Positions 37,947-51,151 of a stretch of DNA of 64,000 bases are shown one piece after another (positions within the stretch are counted from its first letter, which is position 1; each line of letters starts with the position of its first letter). The notes beneath the pieces are model-generated. The model was not told the DNA's origin and did no database searches. It saw only the letters and a list, made by a program, of their open reading frames with translations. The position numbers and the translations under genes were made by a program. This stretch comes from Octopus vulgaris (Eukaryota). The stretch spans positions 206,894,001 to 206,958,000 of the forward strand of contig OX597814.1 of assembly GCA_951406725.2 (NCBI GenBank), read 5' to 3'.

Positions 37947-38949
37947 TTTTTCTCTGACAGCAGTTTTACATTTTCCATATGCCTTTAGCTAGGCTGAAAT
38001 AATGTCTTCACCACTTGACCCTTCTGGATCTTTATATAAGCAATCACACCCCAAGTAAAAACCAGTTAGCCACAGTTGGTGACGACTCAATGAGTTCAGT
38101 CACATGGTGACGACTCAACGAAGTCTGGCTGACCAGCTAGAACATTGGTCAGAGGGAGAAATGAAGTTTACTGTCAGTAACTGTGAGGCAACGTCCTACA
38201 TCCAACTACTCTCACTAGCTCTAATTCTGTTCCCTTACAACATCATTTAATCTTTCTCTGTAATTACTACTAAACAATATCTCCCGTTAGAACTGGTGAC
38301 CCCAAACAAGAGAATTGCAGCCTTCCTAAGAAACAAAACTTCGTCATTACAGCTGGCGACCCCAAGCAAAAGAATCGATGCCTTTTGAAGCTGCATTACC
38401 AACAACTTGGTGAACCCATGTAAAGAGAATTACTACCTTCCGATGCTACATGCCGCTGTATTTTTACTGATTCGAACTAAAGAACTAGCATATCTACAGT
38501 CGCTAAACCAAAGAAAAATGAATGACAACCTTCGTCACCACCACGATGCACCCTCCATCAACCTGCTCCAGAAAACACTATTCTGCAATACAATCTATGA
38601 TGCACTTCACAACAATGCAACACTCCCGACACACAAGGTATTCACCTACATGCCCAGAGGCAAACTGGAAGAAAAATACGGAAGCCCGCATATGCAACCT
38701 TTTCGGTACACACACGCTTTTCGTCTCGTCCCGACGTACAAATCCTGCATTGTCTTTGAACTTTTGCACGTACATAAGACTCTCACATAGACTTTCAACA
38801 ACTCTTTTTCTTTGCATGCACATCTATTCACTTTCAGTTGTAGACTTTTAACAAGGGACAGTATTTTCAGCTAAGTTTGCTATTTTCGCTTATTTTATTG
38901 TTCTGTTTTCACTGCACACTTTCATTTGTTTACGAGTTACATTCTACAA

Positions 38950-39760
38950 AACCATAAATCCCTTCAGGTAGATGACCCTGCTCGATCTGTAGTAGAGGCA
39001 TAAGTAGAAACTCTAAAAGATGTACCCAGTGTAAGCTATGGACACATAAGAGGTGCAGCAATATCGAAAGAAAGCTAACTGGGAGGATAGCTTTTGTATG
39101 TGGCAGATGCTCAGGAGCAATAAACACTGAAAATGTGCAGAGACCAACTTCCACCACATTCCAGGGAGAAAAACTAGAAGTAGTTGATAGCTTCTGCTAC
39201 CTAGGTGACCAAGTCAGTAGTGGGGGAGGGTGTGCTGAAAGTGTAGCTACTAGAATAAGAATAGCCTGGGCAAAGTTCAAAGAGCTCTTACCTCTGCTAG
39301 TGACAAAGGGCCTCTTGCTCAGAGTAAAAGGTAGACTGTATGACGCTTGTGTACGAACAGCCATGCTACATGGCAGTGAAACATGGGCCATGACTGCTGA
39401 GGATATGCGTAAGCTTGCAAGGAATGAAGCCAGTATGATCCGATGGATGTGTAATGTCAGTGTGCATACTCGACTGAGTGTAAGTACCTTGAGAGAAAAG
39501 TTGGACCTAAGAAGCATCAGATGTGGTGTGCAAGAGAGATGTTTGCGCTGGTATGGTCATGAGGCGAGAATGGATGAGGATAGCTGTGTGACAGTGTGCC
39601 AGACCCTAGCGGTTGAGGGAACCTGTGGAAGAGGTAGACCCAGGAAGACCTGGGATGAAGTGGTGAAGCACGACCTTCGAACTTTAGGCCTCACCAAGGA
39701 AATGATAAGTGACTGAGACTTTTAGAAATATGCTGTGCTTGAGAAGACCCGGCAGCCAAA
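38950..39760 (+). mobile_element. RTE 3' ORF fragment nested in the LTR element
   Basis: 193-aa ORF: FCYLGDQV, RIRIAWAKFKEL, KGRLYDACVRTAMLHGSETW, LRWYGH, GRGRPRKTW. Confidence 0.92.
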
Positions 39761-40119
39761 TTCAGCCCAATTCTTCTCCCGACTCAAAACACGTCGGATG
39801 ATCACATGCTCTGCTCTCATGTTTAGACATAATTTCCCCCTGTTAGACCCCCGTTTGGTCACGTAATTCACAGAGAAAATTATCTGTCTCATGCATCACT
39901 GCAGCATGTTTACACTGTCACCCTTGCTAACTCAGCAATTAACCATGACAACAGCACCAGATGCATTTCACTGCTGAAAAACATTCCAAGGCATTTACCA
40001 TGCATTTTGTTGTCTCCTTCGATCGTTCGTTTCCTCTCCCGGAACCTCACTGGCAATGGGAGTGTTGTAGTGGATCTTGAATGCATAAAGTGGATTCGAT
40101 CTACCATAGCCAAATTTAA

Positions 40120-41183
40120 CCCTTTCGTTACCAAACCACCCGAAAAAAATTTTGGTTAATGAGACCAAGCCGCCTAAAACCACCCGAATTTACCTCTTCA
40201 TATATAAATGAAAATATCAGAGCAAATCTCTTTAGTACATTCGTGAAAACACATATTATACTTCATAAAGAGTTTAACTACAGTTTTGTACAAAAATCAA
40301 AGTGTAATTTTAATTCCGTGAATTTTGGGAGATTTTTTTCCGAAATTTGTTCCTATTGTGTTTTCAAAATTTGTAATTCTGACAAAAAATGGATACGAAT
40401 TTCATTATATCAAGCAGCAAGTCAGAATTCGAAGGATTTTCTACTGAAGACCTTCATAAATCTAACTCTACGACTGAAAAAAAGCATGTGGTATTTGATA
40501 ATGAATCTGATGTTTCATTTTCCGAAAGTGAAAACAGTGAATCCGAGAGCTCCGACAGCGATAAAGAAAATGAATTGGCACCTGAATGGAGTGAAAATTT
40601 AAAAACTGTTTCTTTCAGTGATTTTTCTGAAGAAACTGGACCAAGCCACATACTTTCCCAGGAGAGTAAAGCCTTAGACTATTTCTTTTTACTTTTTCGA
40701 ATGAGCCTATTTGAACTCATTACGGCGAAAACGAACCATTACGCTAAATGTAAACAAAACGAAAGAAAGTGGTTTCCCATAACCTAAAATGAAATTAAGA
40801 TTATTTTGCCATAAATATTATTATGGGTATCAGAAAGTTACCCAGAATAACAAATTCTATCGTAAAATTTTGTTGTATACCCAATTGAATATTAACTAAT
40901 AACCCATTTTCTATAGCGATGTTTGAACAAAATTTTAATAATTTTATATTTTGTTGAATTTACCTGTATCTACCTGCAATTAGAGTCACTTTGTGACAAA
41001 AATTATAGTATAGAATTGGTTGAGAACATTTCATTAAATTATCTTCCAAAATTCACGTTGATATATTGATAAATAAAAAAGTTATAGTTGTTTAATGAAA
41101 CCAGACTAAATTTATGATTACGTTAGAAATTAATTGAAACACAAAAGGGGTGTATTTTGGTCAGAAATATAGTAACGAAAGGG
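40120..41183 (+). mobile_element. piggyBac internal-deletion derivative, copy 1
   Basis: TTAA|CCCTTTCGTTAC...GTAACGAAAGGG|TTAA. Acidic N-terminus plus FSEETGP..ALDYFFLLF..LFELI..TNHYA..KWFP and MGIRKLP transposase remnants. Confidence 0.92.
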
Positions 41184-41981
41184 TTAAATTAACACTGCAA
41201 CAGAACTTTTCCCACGATGGAACAATGGTTTTTCTCTGACAGTAGTTTTACGTTTTCCAGATGCCTTTAGCTAGGCCGAAATAATGTTTTCACTACTTGA
41301 CCCTTTCTAACCTCTTCTACTTCACCAAAAGCTAGAATAGAGATAACAAGACCGCCAACTAAATCTATTGTTCTCAATCATATATCTATCCTTCTGGATC
41401 TTTATATAAGCAATCACACCCCAAGTAAAAACCAGTTAGCCACAGTCGGTGACAACTCAATGAGTTCAGTCACATGGTGACGACTCAACGAAGTCTGGCT
41501 GACCAGCTAGAACATTGGTCAGAGGGAGAAATGAAGTTTACTGTCAGTAACTGTGAGGCAACGTCCTACATCCAACTACTCTCACTAGCACTAATTCTGT
41601 TCCCTTACGACATCATCTATCGCTATCTGTGGATTACTACTAACAATTTGTGTACGCCAAACTATGCCAAATAAAAATTCTAACACACCTAACTTTCTTT
41701 CACATGCTCTTGGGTGTTATAACCTGCCCGTCGAGGTATGATATTTTTCAACGTAACGGTAAATAAATACTTTCTTAAAACTTCATGCATTGTTCATCTT
41801 TCTCATCCAACAACATGCAATTATAACAAGAAATTTTTAACGTCACAACTGTTGACTCTGACATTTCATAATAATGTTTACCAATCAATTTCTCCCGCCA
41901 CAATTGGTGACCCTTGACTGCAACTAAAAACTTTACCATTACAAATACTCTAATAAAAACTTTATTGTTACATATATATAT

Positions 41982-42206
41982 ATAGAGTGGTTGTATACTG
42001 TCAACATAATGTGACAGTCCTGTAAGGGAATTACACCACCGCTGTTTAGCCCTAGGAAGCATCGGCGCTTCCTGTCGCAAATATAAGGACACAGGAAATA
42101 TGTCAAAGCCGACAGGAAGCGTTCGATGCTTCCTAGGGCTAAACAGTGGTAGTGCAATTCCCTTAAGGGACTGTCACATTATGTTGACAGTATACAACCA
42201 CTCTAT
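41982..42206. mobile_element. Palindromic MITE (~95 bp arms)
   Basis: ATAGAGTGGTTGTATACTGTCAACATAATGTGACAGTCC...GGACTGTCACATTATGTTGACAGTATACAACCACTCTAT. Confidence 0.88.
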
Positions 42207-42539
42207 CGCTCCAACACCACTCATGTCTCTTTGAGACATTTAGAAATTCAATATTTCTAATTACGGTGACTAGTGAATAGATTTCACTGTAAATATATAT
42301 ATTTGTGAAGGCTAGACAGGCATCTCAGCTAGCAGGGCTCGCGTTTTTGTGTCAGTTTGTCGGATTTGCGGTTGTGCATTGGATTTGTTGATTGTTGTTG
42401 TTGAGAAATGTTGCGTCGTGTTGAATTGTTGGATTTTTTGTTGGGTATGCAAGCCCAAACTTATGAGGGAGCAGCAGGCAAGGGCCTGGCTGCAAACGAA
42501 TTACAGTTGGAAGAAATAATTGTTGAGAAGGAAAATTTG

Positions 42540-42930
42540 AGGAAATACTATGACAGCTTCAAGAAGGAAGGAGACTGTCTGAGGGTTACACCACCTGAAG
42601 ACGAAGTGAAAGAAGCGGGGGGAAAAAATCATAACATACAGAACATGGAATGTGGTCTCAAAGAGAATAGAAGTAGCAGAGGTGGAAGAGATTGAGTAAT
42701 GTCTACAGGAAATTAAAGGAAGAACTACCTTCTACAATAGAGGTAGAAAACATGCTACGGTAGACATTCGTTTTGAAAATGAAGATGAAGCGAAGAGAAA
42801 CGCAATGACAGTGTTGAGATCAGAAAAATGGGTTTTACTTCCTAGTTATTGTGGAAAAAGAGCAGTGAGGATACGAATAAGTAAAATCCCACCGGAACTT
42901 GAGACCGAAAGAATAGTAGCTGCATAGGCT
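42540..42930 (+). mobile_element. LINE ORF1-like relic related to 338-853
   Basis: VDIRFENEDEAKRNAMTVLRSEKWVLLPSYCGKRAVRIRISKIPP aligns by eye with VEVRFVSEEETKNHLTATLKTEKLIIIPIYLGRR. Confidence 0.55.
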
Positions 42931-43012
42931 CAAAACACAAAAGACTTTCTCACCTTCCCAAGCATTAAACCAATATGCTTGTCTTCATGTTTTGTGTTTC
43001 TGTAAATTTCAA

Positions 43013-43044
<32 letters not shown>

Positions 43045-43045
<1 letters not shown>

Positions 43046-44328
43046 AACCACTTCAGGTAGGTGGCCCTGCTTGATCTGTAGAAAAATCATGGGTAGAAAT
43101 TCCATAAGATGTATCCTGTGTAAGCTATGGACACATAAAAGGTGCAGCAATATCAAAGGAAGTTTAACTGGGAAAATAGTTTTTGTGTGTGGCAGATGCA
43201 CTGGGACAATATACACCAAAGATGTACAGAAAACAGATTCCATCACATGCAAGGGAGAAAAGCTAGAAGTAGTTAATAGCTTCTTCTACCTAGGCGACCA
43301 AGTCTGTAGTGGAGGTGGTTGCTATGAGAATGTAGTGGCTAGAATAAGAATAGCCTGGGCAAAGTTCAGAGAGCACCTACCTCTCAGAGTGAAGAGAAGA
43401 CTGTATGATACATGTGTATGAACTGCCATGCTACATGGCAGTGAAACATAGGCCATGAATGCTGAGGACATGCGTAGGCTTGAAAGAAATGAAGGTAGTA
43501 TGATCCGCTGGATGTGTAATGTAAGTGTGTATACATGACAGAGTGTAAGCGCCTTGAGATAAAAGTTGGACATAAGAAGCATCAAATGTGGTGTGCAAGA
43601 GAGGCGACTGCACTGGTGTGGCTATGTACTATGGATGGATGAGGACAGCTGTGTAAAGAAGTGCCACTCCCTAAATATGGAAGGAACCTGGGGAAGAGAT
43701 AGACCCAAGAAGACATGGGATGAGATGGTGGACAGTGGGCCTCACAGAGGCACTGACAGGAGACTGGGACCTTTGGAAATATATGATTGAGAAGACTCGG
43801 CAACTAAAATGAGATCGCAGCCATGGCCGATGCCAGTGTTGCATGTCTGGCTCATTTAAAAGTACCCTTGATGCATCGGATGACATGATATGCATGAGAA
43901 GACCTCTTGAGTCAAGTAAAACCAAAATCGCAGCTGTGGCCAGTGCCCCCTGACTGACACCCACTCCAGTGGCACATAAAAGGCATCTTCTGAATGTAGT
44001 TCATGCTTGTGTCCCCTGACTGGCTCCATGTGCTGGTGTAACATAAAAAGCACAATCTGAACATGGTCAATGCCAGGTCCACCTGACTGACTACTGTGCC
44101 AGTGGTGTGTAAAAAGCACTATCCGAACATTATTGATCCCTGACTGGGTTCTGTGGCACATAAAAAACATCCACTACACTCATGGAGTAGTAGGCATTAG
44201 GAAGGCATCCAGCTGTAGAATCATTGCCAGATCAGATTGAAGCCTGGTGCAGCTGGTGGCTCTCCAGACCCCAGTCAAACCATCCAACCCATGCCAGCAT
44301 GGAAAACGGACACATTAAATGATGATGA

Positions 44329-44332
<4 letters not shown>
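43045..44332 (+). mobile_element. RTE 3' fragment with UTR and (GAT)n tail
   Basis: WPCLICRK..NSIRCILCKLWTHKRC..FVCGRC, YLGDQV, ERRLHW. Tail CATGGAAAACGGACACATTAAATGATGAT. Confidence 0.9.
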
Positions 44333-44375
<43 letters not shown>

Positions 44376-44979
44376 GGAGTAAACACATAAATGTGAAACA
44401 AGGTGGAAAAAAGAGTACTCAAATACCAGTGGCTCTCGTGGCTTCTGATCTTAACTGATTGGAAGTGATATCATGTACCTTATTTTGTCTTGCTATAAAA
44501 GATGGGTTACAGCAAATATTCTGCTCAATACCACGGATTTGCTTGTCAGTTGTTTGACCTTAACCAGTTGAGCATGTCCCTTGGTGGCTGACAATACATG
44601 CATTTCTGATCATGAGAAGAAGTAGTGGGGGAGCATCATAACCATCTGTTGTGAGGGATTCTTTGGGGTTTGAATAATTCACCTCTGGAAACATGGGTGT
44701 TTCGTTCAACATCCTTAAACAACCCTTATTTGGGGACCTTTTGAGCAGGATGGGTTACTCGACCAGAAGAAAATTCTAACTGGGCTCCACATGCAAGGTT
44801 ATGCGCTGTTTATCTTGATATGAGATCACCATATCGCGCACATATGGTTGTGATGCATGAGCCTGGTGTACCCTTATCAGATGTGTAGTCAAGATGGGTA
44901 TACTGGGCTTCATATATTTTACCCCAATATCACTTTGATGGCATGCACTACTCTCTCACTCAATAATAATAATAATAAT

Positions 44980-45520
44980 TTGATGAAGCCATTGCCCTTA
45001 CTGTGAATGAATGCTCTCAACTTGCCCCAAACCAATATGAGTTGTGGTGACATGATGAGGTTGCAATAGTGCTGCATTGGAAAGTATGAGGAAAGTTTGG
45101 GTTAGAGAGAAGCAAAACATGGTACAAACAGAAACCACAGAGAATCAGAGAGTCAAAGACCTGTAAAATCTTGTGGGATTTTTCAATGCAGAAAGGGTCA
45201 AGTGCTTGAGTACAACAAGCCAGGCCTGGTCGTTGTGGACAAGGTGAACCACATGTGCTCTATAACTGATGTTGCATATGCATTTGACCCACAATTAGTT
45301 AGGTGAACAAGTAGACAATCCTCTTAAATGTGCTTGACCGTGAAAGATGGAGATAGTACTAATTATTATTGGGGCCCTGGGGACAGTATCAGAAGATATT
45401 AAGAGGAAATGAGGACAGAGCGCTGAGTAGAGCTGTCTGCCACCTTGTCACAGCCATTATCATCAAGATAATTACATGGCTGAACAGAACATATAGCATG
45501 GTACCGTAGGCTGCGGATAG
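44980..45520 (+). mobile_element. Decayed R4/Dong-like endonuclease region after (AAT)n
   Basis: VNECSQLAP..HD.VA..LHWK, KILWDFSMQ, NKPGLVVVDK, IIIGALGTV. Confidence 0.7.
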
Positions 45521-45619
45521 CAAGCCTCCAGGAGTTCCAACAAAACCTGATTTAAAACAATGCTAATAACTGACTCTGATAGGTAGACTAGACAAAGAGA
45601 GCAGAAAAAAATTACTTAC

Positions 45620-45853
45620 CATACGCCTCTTTAAAACTTATAATGTAAGTATCAGAGGTTTGTTGTTGAACTGAAGAAATATCTCCACCAAAACTTTTTT
45701 TTCTACTTCCAAAATATCTTCGAAGACTGTCAGAGCTGACATTTGAAGAAACGTTTTTCACTTGAACACTGTTTATTTCCTTAATTCTATCCACTTTCAG
45801 TTGATTTCCTTTTAAGGGGTTGTTTTGGCACATCCTCTGAACATCCTCAAAAT
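45620..45853 (-). CDS. PARP14: PARP14-like exon, end of RRM1 and most of RRM2
   Basis: ttgcAG acceptor, GTaagt donor, 234 nt, phase 1-1. (D)FEDVQRMCQNNPLKGNQLKVDRIKEINSVQVKNVSSNVSSDSLRRYFGSRKKSFGGDISSV...IISFKEAY matches the PARP10/14-type RRM pattern (V.NV..N.S.D.L..YF...K.SGGG.I). Confidence 0.88.
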
Positions 45854-46018
45854 CTGCAATAAATACAATGAATGGAAATACATTTTGGTAAAAGAATCAA
45901 ATTGAAGTCAATTTACTGATGTTTTAACACATTTTACTTTTAAATGATTTTAAATGATTCTTCATATTTGGAGATTTTAGCATTAAAATGCAGTTCCAAT
46001 TATTTAACAACTCCATAT

Positions 46019-46450
46019 AGGCACAGGTGTGGCTGTGTGGTAAGATGGTTGCTTCCCAGCCATATGGTTCTGGGTTCAGTCCCACTGTGTAGCACTTGGA
46101 ACAAATGTATTCTACTATAGCCTTGGGTTAACCAAAGCCTTATGAGTGGATTTGGTAGACGAAGACTGAAAGAAGCCATCTGTCTGTCTGTCCGTCTGTA
46201 TGTTACTGTCTCCTTGCTTGTTGTAAACGAGTGTCCCTGTCATACAAGCAGTGTCCTTCATTTCCAGTCTTCCTTAAAACATGTCTGGTCACTGGGAAAC
46301 ATTACCTTACTTGGAAATAGGTGAAGGTTGGCAACATGAAGGGCATCCAGCTGCAGAAAATCCAACTCATCATCAAATTTTGTCCAACCCATGCAAGCAT
46401 GGAAAAGTGGATTTTAAAACAGTGATGCTGATCATGATGATGATGATGAT
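46019..46450 (+). mobile_element. tRNA-derived SINE (family B) with RTE-like tail
   Basis: GGCACAGGTGTGGCTGTGTGGTAAG...GGGTTCAGTCCCACTG head, GTGGATTTGGTAGAC core, (GAT)n tail. Related copies at ~5250-5640(-), 28170-28510(-) and 49065-49600(+). Confidence 0.75.
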
Positions 46451-49064
46451 GTGTCCTTTAGTAAATGTTTACTCATCCTTAAATGTAAAAGGTATTTCTA
46501 TTTAGGGATAAATAAAGTGTAAAACATAAGAAACAAAATTTGATTGAGCAGATTTATGATGAAAGACAATCCAACCACGACCATTCCAATATCTAGAATG
46601 GTAGCTTCTGTTTTGAAGAAGGCAGGGTGTAATGGGAGGGATACTTTCCTGCTATTTCTATCAGCCTGAGCAACTGTGTAAAGGTCTTCAGATCATTAAA
46701 AGTGTGTGTGTTTTAAGGTAGAGATGGGAATTTCAACATTTCTCGTCGGGACTCATTCTTGTTTTCTAGAATATTGTACTTTGGTTAAAGACATGACAAT
46801 ATCAGAGACAAGTTAGAGATGAAGTTATTTAGACAAAAAAAACAAAAAAAAACAAACTATTTCACTAAAAATACATATAACTACCCAACCATTTCTAAAG
46901 ATATATCATCATTTAAGTTCTGTTGTCCATGCTAGCATGGGTTGGACGGTTTGACTGGGCTGGCATGCTGGAAGGCTGCATCAGACTCCAGTCTGATTTG
47001 GCATGGTTTTCTTTGGCTGAATGCCCTTCCTAACGCCAACCACTCCGAGAATGTAATGGGTCCCTTTACATGCTTTGATGAATCTTCCCAAACATGACAT
47101 AATACCAAAAATCGTCATTGCCTCTGTGAGGCCCAACGCTCGAAAAGAATTCAGCCACTTTGCTTCCGTGAGGCCCAACATTCAAAAGATGTTCTTTATG
47201 TGCCACCAGCACAGATGCACAGATCCCCAAATGTCTCTTGATTTCAAATTCTGACACAAGGCCAGCAATTTGGAGGGAAGGGTTAGTTGATTGCATCGAC
47301 CCCAGTATTCCACCAGTACTTATTTCTTGAACCCTGAAAGGATGCAAGGCTAGTAGGACAAGGAAAGAGAAGGAAGATGGGAGAGGGTCAAGAGAGAGAG
47401 AGAGAAAGCTTGTCCAAAAGGAAGTGACCAGGTTATGAGTAGTAGAGGGGATAGAGTGGGGGAGTCTGCTTTGGCATGGTTTTTACATTTGGATGCCATT
47501 CCTAATGCCAACCATTTCACAGAGAGGGCTAGGGGCATTTTAAGGGGCACCTGCACTGGTAAGGTCTCCTCTCATATGGTTTTTATAGCAGGATGCCCCT
47601 CCTAATGCCAACCGTTATACAGAGTGGACTGGATGCTTTATACATGGTACCAGACCCAGCAAGGTCACCAAGTAACTTGCAAAACAAAGATCCTTTGAGA
47701 GGAGGGGCTGTGGTATTGAAGGAGGTGGCTTTGTGGTGTGAGGTGATGTGTAGATAAAGTATGACTGAAGGATGGAAACAGGTGTCTTGCTGTAGTGGAG
47801 TTTTGTATCCTTGTGTGTTGGAAAAATAATTCAACGAAGGACAGAAGAAAGAAACATGAGGTTAAGCACTCTCTGCCAAACGGATCACAGTCAACTGCTT
47901 GCCAACAAATCAACTGCTGACACTCGGACTGTTCTCCATTTTATAGCAATGTGCTAATCCACTTTCATTCACTTGGGTGGGGGTGGGAAGCATTCCACGA
48001 CATGGAGAGACATGGTTACCCGAGTCAGAGGGAAAGAGCAAGAGACAGATAGAGAGAGAGAGAGACACGGTGGTAATGTGTCAGGGTATACTCTTAAAGT
48101 ATGAGGATGGGAATGTAAATGGGATAGTATTGGATTTCCCAGGGTGCATGAATAGGGGGTTCATGTGAATGCCAGCAGGAGAGGAAGGACAGGATTGCAG
48201 GAGAAGAGAGGGAGAGGTAAGCATAGTGCATGAAGAAGAGGAGCAGAGATGTAGTTTTGGTCTATTGAGGTAGGGTGTGATGAGTGATTTAATGTTAGAT
48301 AGGGGTGGAAGACACAGCAGTGGGGTGGGCAGGTCTTCTCGAGAACCTTCTATAACCAGACATCACGATACATTGTCATCTTGAGATTGGCTCTCTCTTC
48401 CACACCTGCCATCCCCTTTAAGCAATCAACACTTCTATATACAGCTATTTCCATTCATACACATCACATGTCCAAACCAATGCAATCTTGTCTCTTGCAT
48501 GCAGCAATTCATTCCGCTTACGACCAACTTTTCTCTCAGCACATTTCCACTTTGTCATACATGCACACTGACGTTGCATATCCAACGGAGCATACTGCTC
48601 CCGTTCCTCTCTAGTCTATGCATATCTTAAGTGACCACTTGGCAAATAACTATAAAGAAGGGAAACTGAATCAGAGCATGTGTTTATTATTGGCATACTG
48701 ACCCTCCCAAGACACACAAAATATATTTTGTTTTAGAATTAAACTATATATTTATTTTATTATTCAGTAATATGCATTTACATGGTAAAGACTCAGTTTT
48801 CTTTTTGTTCTAGGTAGAAATTTTTAACAAGTTCCCTCTATCAATCAAACAAAGATGGTAAAATATTCCATTTACTTTCCCTCTTTCCAATGTTTAGAAA
48901 CTGAAGGAACGGTCAAATACTGGAATCAGCTTCACTGATAAAACATCATCTCTAATATTTCTGATTTCCTGCCTGATAACCATCATTCCTGACAAATTTC
49001 TTTCTTTCCTGATAAATGTGAGAAACCAAAAGGCAAAATCTGGGAAGAAATAAAAGATATAAAC

Positions 49065-49600
49065 AGGTGCAGACAAGGCTGTGTGGTAAGAAGTCTGCTT
49101 CCCAAACACATGGTTCTGGGTTCAGTCCCACTGTGTGGCACCTTGGGTGAGAATCTTCTACTGTAGCCTCAGTTCAACCTAGGTATTGTGAATGGATTTG
49201 GTAGATGGAAACTGAAAGAAGCCCAGTATGTGTGTGTGTGTGTGACTGTTTGTTATCCGCCACTATTTGATGACTGGTCTCAGTGTGTTTATGTTCCTGT
49301 AACTTAGCAGATCAGCAAAATGAAGTGATAAAATAAGTTACCAGGCTTTAAAAAGTAAGAACTACTGGGGTTAATTCATTTGACACAAAAGATCTTCAAG
49401 GTGGTGCCCCAGCATGGCCACAGTCTAATTATTGAAGCAAAACATAAAACATATACAAATCCTATTGCTTCCCAGCCACATGGTTCCAGGTTCAGTCCCA
49501 CTGCGTGGCACCTTGGGCAAGTGTCTCCTACTATAGCCTCAGGCCAACCAAAGCCTTGTGAGTGGATTTGGTATGCAGAAACTGAAAGAAGCCCATCATG
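49065..49600 (+). mobile_element. Two tandem family-B SINEs
   Basis: GCTTCCCA..CACATGGTTC..GGTTCAGTCCCACTG.GTGGCACCTTGGG occurs twice. Confidence 0.75.
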
Positions 49601-49726
49601 TATATACATACATACATACATACCTTCCTACCTATCTACCTACCTACATACATACATACATACATACATACATACATACATACATACATACATACATAAA
49701 TATGTATATCTGTAAATATAATATAC

Positions 49727-50073
49727 GTCAATTATTCGGTAGCCATGATAAAAGTTTCAGATGTTGGGGCGGAAACCCAAGCCGGCATCTCTTCAGTTAT
49801 CCGGCCATCGAAAAAATGCTATGAAAATGACCGCTAAACAAAGGGAAATTACTCTGTGATTGACCGTTATTAAGACAAAAGAGCTATTACTTAGCGGTCA
49901 TTCTAATAGCTCTTTTCTCTTAATAACGGTCAATCACAAAGTAATTTCACTTTGTTTAACGGTCATTTTCATAGAATATTTTTCGATGGCCCAATAACTG
50001 AAGAGATGCCAGCTTGGGTTTCTGCCCCAACATCTGAAACTCAGAGTTTTATCATGGCTACCGAATAATTGAC
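49727..50073. mobile_element. Palindromic MITE (~165 bp arms)
   Basis: GTCAATTATTCGGTAGCCATGATAAAA...TTTTATCATGGCTACCGAATAATTGAC. Arms pair through to a centre near 49890-49905. Confidence 0.9.
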
Positions 50074-50425
50074 ACATAAATTCCTCTATTTACATAATAT
50101 CAAGGTCTCTTTCATTCTTTTGTTGTCTTACCATTTCTATCAAGATATATATATATATGTGTGTATATGTATATATATCTAAGTATGTTTTCTGTCTGTG
50201 TTTGTACACCCACCATCACCTGACAACTGATGTTGGTGTGTTTATGTCCCCAAAACTTAGCAGATCAACAAAAGAGACCAATAGAATAAGTACGAAGATT
50301 TCTTTGACTAAAGGCGGTGCTCCAGCATGGTCATAGTTAAATGACTGAAAGGTGTAAAAGAACAAAAAAATAATAGAAAATTCAAGAAATCTTTTTCAGA
50401 ACAAATCAAACTTGAAGAAACTTAC

Positions 50426-50599
50426 CAATTTCACTTTGGCAATACACAAGAAAAGTTCCAGGTTTTCTTCCAGGGAAGACATGTACAATTTCTAATTTCC
50501 CGTTCTCTTTCAAAAAAGCAATTAACATTTCTTCAGACATGTCTTTGGGGCCATTTGACACAATCATTGCATCTTTTTGCCAGACTAGATTTTCTGCAT
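50426..50599 (-). CDS. PARP14: PARP14-like exon, RRM-like domain 1
   Basis: ttttcAG acceptor, GTaag donor, 174 nt, phase 1-1. Translates (D)AENLVWQKDAMIVSNGPKDMSEEMLIAFLKENGKLEIVHVFPGRKPGTFLVYCQSEI. Absent from the ORF track. Confidence 0.8.
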
Positions 50600-50979
50600 C
50601 TGAAAATCAAAATAGCAGAAGAAATTTCAAAATATAATTGATAATATAAAGTAATTATTTAAGAGTGGAAGGCATGGTTGTATTGGCGTTGAAGTGTCTA
50701 ACCAGGTCAGAGACATTCTGACCATAAACACCATCAAGTGTCCTTCCTTCTTTAAGATGTTAGGTGGTACATGAAGAAGATTTAACTGCCTTTTCTAGCA
50801 GATCAAGTCATCACTTAGAGGCCCCTTTCTTTGCTTGATAGCCGAGAGGATTATGAGGTTCCCTGTACAATAAATTGGTTTTAGTTCAATCCCACTGTCC
50901 AACAGCACCTTGAGCAAGTATCTTCTACCACAGCCTTGTGACTGACATTTGGTGGACAGAAACTGTGGACATCACAGGA

Positions 50980-51017
<38 letters not shown>

Positions 51018-51151
51018 TGTGTGTGTGTGTGAGTTATCACCAAAAGGCATTACTTGGAGGAGGCAGTACTCAATGAAAAGCTTTATAACTAGCAGACCGT
51101 TATGTAGATAGAGAAAGATTCTTCGGATTTGAGGTGACTTGTTTTCATTAA

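Larger units (their letters stand above)
37947..41913 (+). mobile_element. Gypsy-like LTR retrotransposon relic: LTR 37947-38291 (truncated, deleted), internal remnant, LTR 40066-41902
   Basis: Direct repeat 37947-38275 vs 41229-41645. PBS-like TGGTGACCCC at ~38294. PPT-like CTCACTGGCAATGGGAGTGT|TGTAG at 40066. CA|ATTGGTGACCC at 41902. RTE and piggyBac insertions are nested inside. Confidence 0.7.

Noticed and set aside
48860-49010. Candidate cassette exon between the RRM exons
   Set aside because: Weak donor, no recognisable homology, and not needed for frame or domain continuity.
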